Shown piece by piece: positions 1 to 11,107 of a stretch of 26,247 bases of DNA (position 1 is the stretch's first letter; every line of letters begins with the position of its first letter). Both the position numbers and the translations under genes were made by a program. The notes below the pieces were generated by a model. The model was not told where the DNA came from. It searched no databases and saw nothing but the letters and a program-made list of their open reading frames with translations. Source of the stretch: Octopus sinensis (taxonomy: Eukaryota); the NCBI RefSeq assembly GCF_006345805.1, contig NW_021835623.1:1-26247 (forward strand), written 5' to 3'.

Positions 1-639
1 TAAAGTACAAGGCAGCATAAGAAGTGGCATGATAGCTTCATAACTAAACTTTTATCATATCTTAAATAAATACACACACACACACACACCAAGCCAACTA
101 GAAATCCTTCCTATATAGCACAGTCTGTCTCACACACTTAGCTACCGTAGTGTCTTAACAAACAATCACCCCAATCTTATCTCACCCAACTCAGTTATCA
201 TGGTGGTGGTGGTGGTGGTTTTGGCCTGGCAGTTGTTTCAGTATTTATCTCTTCATTTTTAACCAGAGCAGAAAAGTCCGAATTCGTAAAAACATGGAGA
301 AGTTTCCTTAACGTTTCCTTACCTACCTGTCTTCATTCTTTTCTCACTCACTATCCATGCCTACAAGAAACTGAATTATAATTTTCAGAATTCAGCTACA
401 ACACGAACTACACCGACAAAATTACAGTACATGAATGCTAGCTGCATCCAAAATAACGTATCCTATATGAGAACCTGTAAGATATCTCTCCATTTACTCA
501 ACAGAAATAGCCACCCCATAGGAAACCGCTGTACCTTCGGACACAACTCAGCATTGAACAGGGAATTAATAAAAATAGAGAACCAGGAAACAAATTCATG
601 CAGTTCGAACCACAAAACCAACAACAACAACATTATCGA

Positions 640-765
640 TTTGAAATTTTGGCAAAAATGTCAGCAATTTCATGGGAGTCATCGACCCAAGTGATCAACT
701 GGTTCTTATTTCATCAACCCCGGAAGGGATGCACCGAAAAGTTGGCCTCGGCGGTGTTTGAACGC
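640..765 (-). mobile_element. Degraded SINE fragment (octopus-type SINE core)
   Basis: Similar to the core of the SINE copies at 1833-2070 and 2085-2295 (caactggttcttatttcatcaacccc...ggcctcggcgg..tttgaac). Confidence 0.6.
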
Positions 766-987
766 CATTTTACACGATATTTCGATGAGTTCAGTTTCTT
801 GTTACGGCCAATATAAAAACGAATGACCTCTACATCCTGCTCGCGGTCAGTGTCACAAACAAATAAATAATCGAAATACACCTTAGCTAATCCTTAAACT
901 GGAACACTAAAGAAAATTACATTTGAACAGCTACAGCAGTGACATAATAAAATAACAAGCTGCTCAGTCACATCAGCAACAATAATA

Positions 988-1535
988 TCGGGTTGTCCGG
1001 AAAGTTCGTGCCGATTTATAGTAGCTTACCTTTCGACTTATTTTAGAATATGGTTGAGTCCATAAAATAGGATGTGACTGCACCTCCAATTAGAGCACAG
1101 CTTAAGCTATCTTTTCGTGGAAGAAGGTTTATGTTCCTATAACCTGTGTTAATTCTGTAACCCTTTAGAATGGAAGATAAGAAAGTTCATTTTCGGCACT
1201 TGGTGCTCTGGGAACCAGACAAAAATTGTGGCAGCTCGGCTGGGATATTCACCAGATATTGCTCCTTCGGATTTCCATTTATTCATGTCTCTGCAGAATA
1301 GTTTTAATGGTAAAAATTTCAATTCCTTGAATGACGTAAAAAGATACCTTTGATGAATTCTTTTCCATGAAACCAGCTCAATTCTGGGAAGAGGGTAGTT
1401 TCAAGTTAAAGGAAAGATGGAGACGCATTGTGCAACAAAATGGTTCATATTTGGTTAATTAAATATGTAATGGCGAGTATGTATTGACCTATTTCTTTCC
1501 TTTAAAAATCAGCACGAACTTTCCGGACAATCCAA
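988..1535 (+). mobile_element. Internally deleted, non-autonomous mariner (Tc1/mariner) element
   Basis: 30-bp TIRs at 988-1017 and 1506-1535 (27/30 identical), flanked by TA at 986-987 and 1536-1537; transposase remnants inside. Confidence 0.92.
1170..1462 (+). pseudogene. Mariner transposase remnant (N-terminus fused to C-terminus)
   Basis: ATG at 1170 gives MEDKKVHFRHLVLWE. Other frames give TRQKLWQLGWD and YSPDIAPSDFHLFMSLQNSFNGKNF...WRRIVQQNGSYLVN*, which contains the mariner YSPDLAPSD motif. Frameshifts and a large deletion are present. Confidence 0.9.
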
Positions 1536-1544
1536 TAATAATCT

Positions 1545-1830
1545 TTTCTCCTTTAGGCACACGGCCTGAAATTCGGTGGAAAGGATCGAATCGATTACAT
1601 TGCCGTCAGTGCGCAGCTGGTACATATTTTATCGACTCCAGATAGATGAAAGGCAAAGCTGACCTTGGCGAAATTTGGGCTTATAATGTAAAGCCGGGAG
1701 AAATATCAATAACGTTTTTAGATTTCGACAGAATGCTAGCAACTGGGGGCGGGAACAATTCACCTTCATCGAAGTCAGTGCTCAGCCGGCACTTATTTTA
1801 CCGACCCAGAAAAGACGAAAGAGCCGGAAG
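1545..1830 (-). mobile_element. Two older SINE fragments
   Basis: Core motifs gatgaaaggcaaagctgaccttggcgaaattt and cagtgctcagccggcacttattttaccgaccc. Confidence 0.65.
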
Positions 1831-1832
1831 AA

Positions 1833-2070
1833 ATACCTATTTCTTTACTACCCACAAGGGGCTAAACACAGAGAGGACAAACAAGGACAGACAAACGGAT
1901 TAAGTCGATTATATCGACCCCAGTGCGTAACTGCTACTTATTTAATCGACTCCGAAAGGATGAAAGGCAAAGTCAACCTCGGCAGAATTTGAACTCAGAA
2001 CGTCGCGGCAGACGAAATACCGCTAAGCATTTCGTCCAACGTGCTAACGATTCTGCCAGCTCGCTGCCTT
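1833..2070 (-). mobile_element. Full-length young SINE (octopus OK/OR-like family, name from memory)
   Basis: Reverse complement is highly similar end to end to the plus-strand copy at 2737-2970. Confidence 0.85.
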
Positions 2071-2084
2071 TAATAATAATGGTC

Positions 2085-2735
2085 TCAGATTTCGACACAA
2101 AGCCAGCCATTTCGGTGGGCAGAGGGGACTAGTTGATTACATCGTCCCCAACGCTCAACTGGTACTCATTTCATCGACCCTACAAGGGTCAAAGACAAAG
2201 TCGACTTCGGCAGAATTTCAACTCAATATAAAAACGGTCGAAATGCCGCTAAACATTTTGTCCGGAGTGCTAACGATTCTGCCAGTTTGCTGAGTTTAAC
2301 AAGAATAGTTTCAAATTTTGGCATAAGACTGGCAAGTTCGGCAAAAGAATAAGTCGGTTACATCGAGCCCATAGCTCAGCTAGTACTAATTTTATCGACT
2401 ACAAAAGATTAAAATGCAAAGTCGAATTAGACGGAATTAGACGGGGGAAATGTCGCATTCTAATGATTCTACTGTGAATTCTAACGACGCAGCCTGCTCG
2501 CCACCTTTAATAAAAACGTTTTCAAAATTTGGCTCAAGAGCAGCAGCGGTTTTTACGGGCAGGGGCCAAGTTGATGGCATCAATGCCAATGCTCAGCTAG
2601 TACCTATGTTAGCGACCCTGAAATGACGAAAGACAAACTCGACCTCGGAGGAATTTGAACTCATAACGCACAGGACTCTAAGAAAATACCGCAAAGCAAT
2701 TTGTTCGGCGTTCTAACGATTCTGCAGAACCATCG
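2085..2735 (-). mobile_element. Three head-to-tail older SINE copies (~220 bp each)
   Basis: Recurrent pattern ttcaaattttggc...atcgaccc...aaagtcgac.tcgg..gaattt.aactca...ctaacgattctg at ~2085, ~2310 and ~2515. Confidence 0.75.
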
Positions 2736-2736
2736 C

Positions 2737-3325
2737 GCGAGCTGGCAGAATCGTTAGCACACCGGGCGAAATGCGTAGCCGTATTTCGTCTGCCGTTACG
2801 TTCTGATTTCAAATTCCGCCGAGGTCGACTTCGCCTTTCATCTTTTCGGGATCGATAAATTAAGTACCAGTTACGTATTGGGGTCGATATAATCGACTTA
2901 ATCCGTTTGTCTGTCCTTGCTTGACCTCTCTGTGTTTAGCCCCTTGTGGATAGTAAAGAAATAGGTACTTCGACAACCGCTACGTTCTGAGTTCAAATTC
3001 CGCCGAGATCGACTTTGCCTTTCATCCTTTCGGGGTCGATTAAATAAGTACCAGTTACGCACTGGGGTCGATATAATCGACTTAATCCGTTTGTCTGTCC
3101 TTGTTAGTCCTCTCTGTGTTTAGCCCCTTGTGGGTAGTAAGAAATAGGTATTTAGTCTGCCATTACGTTCTGAGTTCAAATTATGCCGAGGTCGATTTTG
3201 CCTTTCATCCTTTCGGGGGCGATTGAATAAGTACCAGTTACGCACTGGGGTCGATGTAATGGACTTAATCCCTTTGTCTGTCATTGTTTGTCTATTTTTA
3301 GCCCCCAGTGGGCAATAAAAAATTA
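2737..3325 (+). mobile_element. SINE plus two tandem 5'-truncated units (period 183-184 bp)
   Basis: acgttctga.ttcaaatt recurs at ~2798, ~2982 and ~3165, each followed by the same core and 3' end. Confidence 0.88.
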
Positions 3326-3329
3326 ACAA

Positions 3330-3530
3330 TAATTGCTTGGAATTTAGGCAATAAGGCCAAGAATTTTGAGGGGATGGGGAACAAGTCAATAACATCGACG
3401 CCTGTATATAACTGGTGCTTGATTTCGCAGCCGCGAAAGGGAAAAAAATCTCAAAAGCAAAGTCGGATTTTGAACTCAGAATGTAAAGAACTGGAAGAAA
3501 AATATTGCAAGGCATTTTCGCTGATGCATT
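3330..3530 (-). mobile_element. Degraded SINE copy
   Basis: aatttaggcaataaggcc...aactggtgcttgattt...tttgaactcagaatgtaaag pattern shared with the other copies. Confidence 0.6.
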
Positions 3531-3679
3531 CACAATTTAGTCAATCCAACGCCAAAAGCAAAATAGAAAAGAAATAAGGAAGAATAAACAAAAATTCTTC
3601 CTAAATGAGTTACTCGAAGACAAAGGAGACAATAATAATAGACTTTTATTAAACGTTGCTTTGGCTTCTGATTCTTCAA

Positions 3680-3917
3680 ATACATACATACATACATACA
3701 TACATACATACATACATACATACATACATACATACATACATGCATGCATGCATGCATGCATACATACATACATACATACATACATACATACATACATGCA
3801 TAAATACATATATACATACATACATACATGCATACATACAATACATACATACGTGCATACATACAATACATACATACATACGTACAATACATACATACAT
3901 ATATCTATGTACACGCG

Positions 3918-3948
<31 letters not shown>

Positions 3949-4258
3949 GCATATGTATAGATATATAATACATATGTATATGTATGTATCTATATAAATG
4001 TATATTCATACAGACATATATGTATATGTATGTAAGCATATGTATATATATGTGTGTACTTGTGTAAGTGGGTGTGTGCACATGTAAAACTTTTTAACAG
4101 AAAAGCGTGAACTCAATGTAAAGTAAAATTAGATGTTAAATATATTGACATATATATATACATATATTATATATTTACACACCACATATGTATGTATATA
4201 TTTTAATGTATGTGTGTGTATATATATATATATATATTTTTACATACATATGTGTGTG

Positions 4259-4296
<38 letters not shown>

Positions 4297-4344
4297 CTTG
4301 TGTATATATATGTATATATATATATGTATGTATATATATACATA

Positions 4345-4391
<47 letters not shown>

Positions 4392-4565
4392 GCACATACA
4401 TACATGCACACATACATACATGCATATACTTACGTATATATTTTTATGGATGAAGTATGTGAATCTTTGTCTACATGGTTGTGCTTGTGTGTGCGTCTGT
4501 GTGTGTGTGTGTGTGTGCGTACGTGCGTGTGTGCGTGCATGCATGCATATGTTTGTGCATATGTG
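3680..4565. repeat. (TACA)n/(TA)n/(TG)n/(CATG)n microsatellite complex
   Basis: Direct reading; source of the YIHT/MYV ORFs. Confidence 0.95.
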
Positions 4566-4854
4566 TACCTCTGAGGGTTGAGTGTTATTGAATGTCGCCA
4601 TTTAAATACAGCAAAACAATGCCGTGCTCTGTAGATTAATACGGTTGACACCACCAGTTTATTTCTAAATTGATTTAATATCATGAACGCGACGAAGAAA
4701 AATGAGAGGAAAATATTTAGACAACAATAGCTACGACAACAACGGCTACAACAACATCATTAGCAACAACTACCAATAAAAACTATATTAAGAAAACCAC
4801 AACCACTAGCTGCACGCTTGTACATGCATATACAGTAACACCCACACAAGTACA

Positions 4855-4931
4855 CGTATGTACATATACACATATATCTGTATGAATATACATATATATA
4901 GATACATACATATATTATATATTTATACATA

Positions 4932-4974
<43 letters not shown>

Positions 4975-5335
4975 GCGTGTACATAGATGTATGTATGCAT
5001 GTGTATACAGTAACACACACACATATATATATATAAAAATATATATATATATATTTACGTGTGTGGGTGTGTTTGCATTTATATGTGAATGTATACAAAT
5101 ATATATTTCTATATACATTAAATAAATACGTACTATGTATATATACCGTATGTATATATGTTATGTTTATATGTATATGTACATAAGTGTGTATATATGT
5201 ATATATTATATATATATGTATACATATATATATATTTATATATATATGTGTATGTGTATATGTGTGTGTGGTGCTTGCGTTCTAATTAGTGTATACATGT
5301 CTGTAGGTATTTGTGGATATGTGTGTGTGCGTGTG
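4855..5335. repeat. (TA)n/(TG)n low-complexity tract
   Basis: Direct reading. Confidence 0.9.
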
Positions 5336-5629
5336 GTTGAAACTAAATCCAGTATGGAGTCTTTTATCACAGCTATTTAATTAGATGTTTTATCAAACCG
5401 CCATTTTTATATTATAGTAGTGCTTTGTGTTTTTCTCGTTCATTACTGCTGTCATTGTTTTGGTTGTTGTTGTTGTTATCGTATTTTTTCATTTTTGTTC
5501 TTGGTGTTGTTGTTATGTTGAGATTGTTTTTCTTGCTATATCTCTTGTTTCGGTTGCTCTTTTCTACTGGAGTTTTATTTTTGTTTTATGTTTTTTTATT
5601 GTTTCCATGTTCAACTTTGGTTCGGATTA

Positions 5630-5790
5630 GTAGAATCGTTAGAGCGCCAGAAGAAAATGCTAATTTGCATCATTTGTCCTGGTTCAATTCGCTCTGAGTC
5701 CAAACCCCACTGAAGTTAAATTTACTTTCGCTTGCTCGGGATCGACAAGATAAAGTATCAGTCAAAACTTAACTGTATGACAATGACTAG
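5630..5790 (+). mobile_element. Old SINE copy
   Basis: tagaatcgttagagcgcc...ctctgagtccaaac...gggatcgacaagataaagtatcagt resembles the SINE head and core. Confidence 0.6.
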
Positions 5791-5939
5791 CCCAATACCA
5801 CCAAAATTTCTTTTCTTATGCCCAGATCAGTAACCTTTCTAACAGATTCTAACCTCTTTTTGCAATATTTCCCCATTTCATGTCCTTGTGGCAAATAAAG
5901 AAATCATCATTATCATGATCATCATTATTAATATTATTA

Positions 5940-6145
5940 CTCGGTGAACTGCCAAAATACTTCACACGTTGGACAAAAGGCTGAGCGTCATTTCACCACT
6001 CATTATGCACTGTGCTCAAATTCCACTGAGGTCGACTTGGCCTTCCATCCTTCGGTGTCGATGAAATAAGTAACAGTTGAGCACTGGGATCGATGTAATC
6101 GAATTACTCTCTCCCCTGATATTTTAGGCCTTATCCGTATAAAAG
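5940..6145 (+). mobile_element. SINE copy
   Basis: ctcaaattccactgaggtcgacttggccttccatccttcggtgtcgatgaaataagtaacagttgagcactgggatcgatgtaatcga. Confidence 0.8.
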
Positions 6146-6198
6146 TAAAGATTATTTTAACTATTATTATTATTATCATCATCATCATCATCATCATT

Positions 6199-6696
6199 GA
6201 GTGAGAGAGCAATGCATGACACCAAAGTGACACACACCAGGCATATGCATCACAACCGATGGTGCGCAACATGTTGACCACATATCAAGATAAACGCGGC
6301 ATGACCTTGCAGGAGGGGTCCAGTTAGAATATTTTTTTCAAGTTGAGTTGCCCATCCCACTCAAAGTCTCTGAATGAGGGTTGTTTAAAGATGATGAACG
6401 AAACACCCATGTTTCCAGAGGTGAATTAGCCAAACTCCCAAAGAATTCTTCTCAACACATGGCTATGTTACTCCCTCACTAATTCTGCTCGTGATCAGAG
6501 ATGCACATATTGTCAGCCACTAAGGGACATGCTTAACTGGTTAAGGTCAAGCAACTGACAAGCAAATCTGTGGTATTCAGCAGAATATTTGCTGTGGCCC
6601 ATCTTTTATACCAAGACAAAACAATGTACTTGATAACACTTCCAATCAGTTAAAATCAGAAGCCACGAGGGCCACTGCCTGGTACTGCATCAGGGC
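6199..6696. mobile_element. (TTA)n-embedded ~540-bp non-coding interspersed element, copy 1 (lacks ~60 bp near its left end)
   Basis: Colinear with 14548-15085, 17617-18165 and 18305-18695; termini gagtgagagagca...ggtactgcatcagggc; ATC/TTA tracts on both sides. Confidence 0.88.
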
Positions 6697-6699
6697 ATT

Positions 6700-6763
6700 T
6701 ATTATTATTATAATTATTATTATTATTATTATTATTGTTGTTGTTGTTGTTGTTGTTGTGTTG

Positions 6764-6828
<65 letters not shown>

Positions 6829-6830
6829 GA
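6700..6830. repeat. Compound (TTA)n-(TTG)n-(CTG)n-(TTG)n microsatellite
   Basis: Direct reading. Confidence 0.95.
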
Positions 6831-6831
6831 A

Positions 6832-7125
6832 GTGAGAATGCATGGCATAGTGTATTCACGGCCGCGTAATCGTAGTTTCAATTCCTTGACGAGTGGTGCG
6901 TTGTATTCTTGAGAATAACACTTCATCTCAGGCTGCTCTGCTATCACGACCACACCTGTCGCGTGGCACACCACACACCTGTTCAGGCAATATTGAATTG
7001 ATGGATGGAATGTGCTAATGTACGGCACAAGCATTTGATCACTGTACACAAAAATCATTTGTGCAGGTAGTTCAGGCAGAAAATATGAACGCTCATACGT
7101 TGTCATCGACGGGAGAGTCCACCGT
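6832..7125 (+). mobile_element. Second SINE type with tRNA-like head (degraded)
   Basis: Head gcatggcatagtg...gtagtttcaattcct resembles A/B boxes, followed by cttgagaataacacttcatctc; no second copy in the window. Confidence 0.5.
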
Positions 7126-7129
7126 TATT

Positions 7130-7220
7130 ATCCTGGTGATGAGCTGGCGATCTTTCGTCGGTCTTCATGATCTGAGTTCAAACACCACCGAGGACGACTT
7201 TGCTTTTCGTCTTTTCGCTA
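7130..7220 (+). mobile_element. SINE fragment
   Basis: gagctggc...tctgagttcaaacaccaccgaggacgactttgcttttcgtctttt. Confidence 0.6.
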
Positions 7221-7251
7221 CCAGTTGTAGTGATACTGGTAGTGGTATGAC

Positions 7252-7738
7252 ATGACATGCATAAGATCTGGTCATCAAATCTAAGTAGAGACTTCAAACT
7301 TGAAATCTTCAAAGTCGCAGTCGAACCATTTCTACTATATGGCTCAGAAACCTGGACGTTATCAAAGAAGCTTGAGAGGCGGTTGGATGGAACCTACACT
7401 CGCCTCCTTATGAGAGCTCAAAATCTCTCGTGGAAGCGTCATCCAACCAAAATGCAAATATATGGGAAACTACCACCTATCTCATCTCTTGTGAAAGGTA
7501 AGAGAGTCCAGTTTGCCGGACATTGTTGTAGAGCTGAAAACGAGGCAATTTCTACTCTTCTCCTCTGGAAGCCATCTACTCGCAATACCAGAGGGCGCAC
7601 ACTCTCCTACCCTGATGTAATCTCCAGGGATACAGGCATCCAGCAACAGGACCTCCGTAATGCTATGATGGACCGTGAAGTCTGGCGTAGCATGGTAAAT
7701 TCCATTGTCTCGACCACGGTCGAACAATGATGATGATG
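7252..7738 (+). mobile_element. 5'-truncated RTE-clade LINE (post-RT C-terminus, stop-free) with (TGA)n tail and 11-bp TSD
   Basis: ORF 7257-7730 has LLYGSETWTL...RLLMRAQNLSWKRH...FAGHC, typical of RTE. Tail tgatgatgatg. TSD agtggtatgac at 7241-7251 and 7739-7749. Confidence 0.92.
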
Positions 7739-7769
7739 AGTGGTATGACGTTAGCAGCAGTGATGTTGC

Positions 7770-7885
7770 ATTGGTGACAGTGGCGGTGGCTGCGATGGCA
7801 GCGGTGGCAGCGATGACAGCAGTGGCAGCGGTGGCAGCGGTGGCAGCGGTGGCAGCGGTGGCAGCAGTGGCAGCGGTGGTCGTCA
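7770..7885. repeat. 9-bp (GGCAGCGGT)n minisatellite
   Basis: Direct reading. Confidence 0.9.
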
Positions 7886-8361
7886 TCGTGGTGGCTTATT
7901 AGTTTCAAAACCGCATTCCACACTTAATTACATTTATTTTTCAGCAACAGACACCATGGTTTCTACGTTGTACCTATTGTTAATGGTAGCGGCGTACGTT
8001 ATTAATGGTTGTGGTGGTGGAATCGATGGCTATATTAGTGATAGTAGTATCGGTGAAGGTCGTGTTGATGGTGAAGGTCGTGTTGATGGTAGTGTGGTGG
8101 TGGCGATGATGGCGGCGGAAGTGGCGGCAGCGGTGGTGGTGGTGGTGGTGGTGGTGGTGGTAGTGATGGGTCATCGTTATCATACGGACGGTTGTGGGGA
8201 GATGCTGGAAGTGATACTGGTAACTCGAATAGCGGTGGAGGCGGTGAGACCTGAATTTGTTTACGGAGATAATTTATATTATGACGGGCACATTTAATCG
8301 TTCTAAGTTTTATGATTAAGATCTGATCGCATTATTTATTTATTTGTTATAACTGCCTAAA

Positions 8362-8362
8362 T

Positions 8363-8455
<93 letters not shown>

Positions 8456-8467
8456 GGAGAGATAGAC

Positions 8468-8563
<96 letters not shown>

Positions 8564-8575
8564 GGAGAGATAGAT
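8362..8575. repeat. (TAGA)n microsatellite
   Basis: Direct reading; source of the LSIY ORFs. Confidence 0.97.
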
Positions 8576-8649
8576 ATGTTTCTTTATTAGCCACACAGGG
8601 CTGCACACAGACAGAACAAATTACAAGGTAGAGCTTTTCTTTTGTGGGA

Positions 8650-9600
8650 TGAAAAAAAAAAGAAGCAAAAAAAGTGGCGTGGGTTTTCGATCAAAAGGGA
8701 TCGTAAAGGGGGAAAAAGAAAAAGAAAAGAAAGAAAAAAAGGAAAAAAAAGGAAAAGAAAAATAAAAAAGGAAAAAAGAAGAAAAAAGAGGAAAAAAGGG
8801 GAAGAGGAAAAAAACGATCAATGGAGATAGATAGATAGATAGATAGATAGAGGGAAAGAGAGAGAGTGGGTGGAGATAGACAGACGGACGGACAGACACA
8901 TTGACAAAGAAAACGACCAGACTGATCGACAGACAGGCAGGTAGAGAGAGGGGGAAAGAGAAAGACAAATACAAAGATAGATGGACAGATATATATAGAG
9001 AAAGAGAGGGGGAGAGAGACAGACAGACAGACAAACAAAAAGACACACAGTCACGGCGGATGGATGGACAGACAGACGGGTGGATGGGTGGATCTGTTCA
9101 TAGAGGTAGGGATAACTGCAGAGAGTTAGATACATAGATAGGTAGGAAGATATTGGTAGATAAGAATATAAATATAGAAAGGGTGAGAGAGAGAGAGAGA
9201 GAGAGAGAGTTTGCTTGAAGTAGATATGCACAGTTCAATACAGTATTATCGCAACATCATTTCACTGTGTTGAAGTGTGTGCATGTTTATGTAGATATGT
9301 GTGTGTGTGTGTATACACTGTGTCTTTTTCTTTCTCCTTCTTTCTCTCACTCTCATACTCTCTGTACCCCTCTTTTTCTTTCTCACTTTTCCTTCCTTCT
9401 CTCCCTCTCTTTCTTTCTCTCTGTCTCTTTCAATCTCTGTCTTTTTTTCTCCCTCTCTTTCTCTCTCCTCTTTCCTTCTCTCTCTCTCTCACTGGCTCTC
9501 TTTCTCGCTCCTTCTCTTTATCTCTCTCCTCCGCTCTCTTACTCATTCTCTCTCCATTTCTATCTCTCTTCCTCCCTATTCCGTTGCCTTTCTGCTTCTC
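8650..9600. repeat. Purine-rich (GA/AAAG/GACA) tract, then pyrimidine-rich (CT) tract
   Basis: Direct reading. Confidence 0.8.
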
Positions 9601-9719
9601 ACATTTTTTGTCAACGTTAAGTATATTTATTCTTGCCCCAAACACTAAACATCAAAGACTAAAAACTGATTTTAGAGCACTAGGTGCACATAAGATTATG
9701 AAGTACTGTCCTAATATAG

Positions 9720-9815
9720 CGAAACTACGGAGACTCCCACGAGTTTAGAGCCGATGAAGGAAATCGTCCTCGAAGCGTCTGTTCTGTGTTCTCATCGTTA
9801 GTGTCTAATTTTACA
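9720..9815 (+). mobile_element. Possible Penelope-like terminal relic with decayed hammerhead-like motif, abutting (TA)n
   Basis: CCGATGA-AGG aaatcgt CCT-C-GAAG-CGTC at 9751-9779 (canonical is CTGANGA...GAAA-CGTC); (TA)n follows from ~9816. Confidence 0.35.
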
Positions 9816-9829
9816 TATATATATATATT

Positions 9830-9860
<31 letters not shown>

Positions 9861-10319
9861 GTGTTTGTGTATATTTGTGTAAGTGTTTGTTTGTTAATGT
9901 ATTCACTGTATGAGTGGAAACAAATAGGTAGGTTGGGAGACGTGGTATGAATTTAGATAATTCGTGTAGTTGCACTGCATTGAATAAAGTAACCAAAAAT
10001 ACATTTAATAAACCGAAGTTTTTCATGCTTTTAAAGAATGAAAAAGAACCTAAAGAGAATTGTTTGCGACACTCAGAAAAGAGGGGCGCATGCTTTCTTG
10101 AAATTATCTCAGCCGTTCCTTTGAACATCGTTAACATTTGCCTGTAGATTCTTCCTTTCCATATTCGATAAATTGCAAAGTTGAATTCCTCAAGAAATTT
10201 TGCGTCCACTATTCACTACATTATCAATAACCGACTTACAAGAATCGTACAATATACATGTGTGTATGTGTACGAGGTTAGTATGTAAATAAGAACGAAC
10301 ATACCTTTCTACTCATATA

Positions 10320-10341
10320 TACATATATATATATATATATA

Positions 10342-10373
<32 letters not shown>

Positions 10374-10391
10374 CATTATTATTATTATTAT

Positions 10392-10458
<67 letters not shown>

Positions 10459-10480
10459 ATTATTATTATTATTATTATTA
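10320..10480. repeat. (TA)n-(ATT)n microsatellite
   Basis: Direct reading. Confidence 0.95.
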
Positions 10481-11022
10481 TTAAGGTGACTATTCGCAAT
10501 TACAACCGAAAGGCAACAAGTATAGTCGTCACTAAAGTGAAGGAGAGTGCTAGTCAGCACTAGCATTGCTAGAAGTAAAAGTCGAAACAGAAAGTGCTCT
10601 CACGTGGCTAAGAGTTGTTTTGACTCTTGTTTCTAGCAATGCTTACTAGCCCTCTCCTTCACTTTAGTGGCGACTATACTTGTTGCCTTTCGGTTGTAAA
10701 TTGCGAATAGCCACCTTAATAATTTATAATTCTCACTTTACCATTTTCGCAATCAGCCAATGTTTCCTATGGTGTTCTCTATAAGACTGACAAGGTGAAT
10801 TAAGTTCTTTATCCCTCGGCTACGGATTAATGGGTCACTGAAGAAGATTAATCGAATTTAAGAATCAGCGCTGATATGACTCCATCTCGCTTGCCGTAGA
10901 GAGCTTTTCTCCCTTGTCAGTCGTTAGAAAAGTGCTCTCATGTGGCTAAGAGTTCTTTTAACTCTTATTTCTAGCAATGCTGGTGCTGAGTAACATTCTC
11001 CGTCACTTTAGTGACGACTATA
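10477..11022 (+). mobile_element. Older inverted+tandem repeat element: ~245-bp palindrome, ~337-bp unit, partial second unit
   Basis: 10477-10589 is the reverse complement of 10616-10723. gaaagtgctctca.gtggctaagagtt...ctagcaatgc...cactttagtg.cgactata occurs at 10590 and again at 10927. Confidence 0.85.
10832..10882 (+). ncRNA. Degenerate type I hammerhead ribozyme
   Basis: Stem I GGGTCA/TGACTC, core CTGAAGA, stem II AGATT/AATTT, palindromic stem III ATCAGCGCTGAT, then A17. The GAAA junction is corrupted (AAGA-A). Confidence 0.45.
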
Positions 11023-11026
11023 TATA

Positions 11027-11104
<78 letters not shown>
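11022..11104. repeat. (TA)n, left flank of the HHR element
   Basis: Direct reading. Confidence 0.95.

Positions 11105-11107
<3 letters not shown>

Noticed and set aside
3530-5380. Numerous YI/MYV/HT-repeat ORFs (also near 8340-9750, 12000-12340, 13800-14300, 21270-22320 and 25640-26020)
   Set aside because: Translations of di- and tetranucleotide microsatellites.
8575-8720. Non-simple segment after (TAGA)n that looks like a repeat I recall from octopus DNA
   Set aside because: Single copy in the window and no structural hallmark; cannot be supported without a search.
9829-10209. 126-aa minus-strand ORF (MDAKFLEEF..., GTG start)
   Set aside because: No recognisable motif, non-ATG start, and it runs into a microsatellite. 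A BLASTP or RNA-seq check could revisit it.
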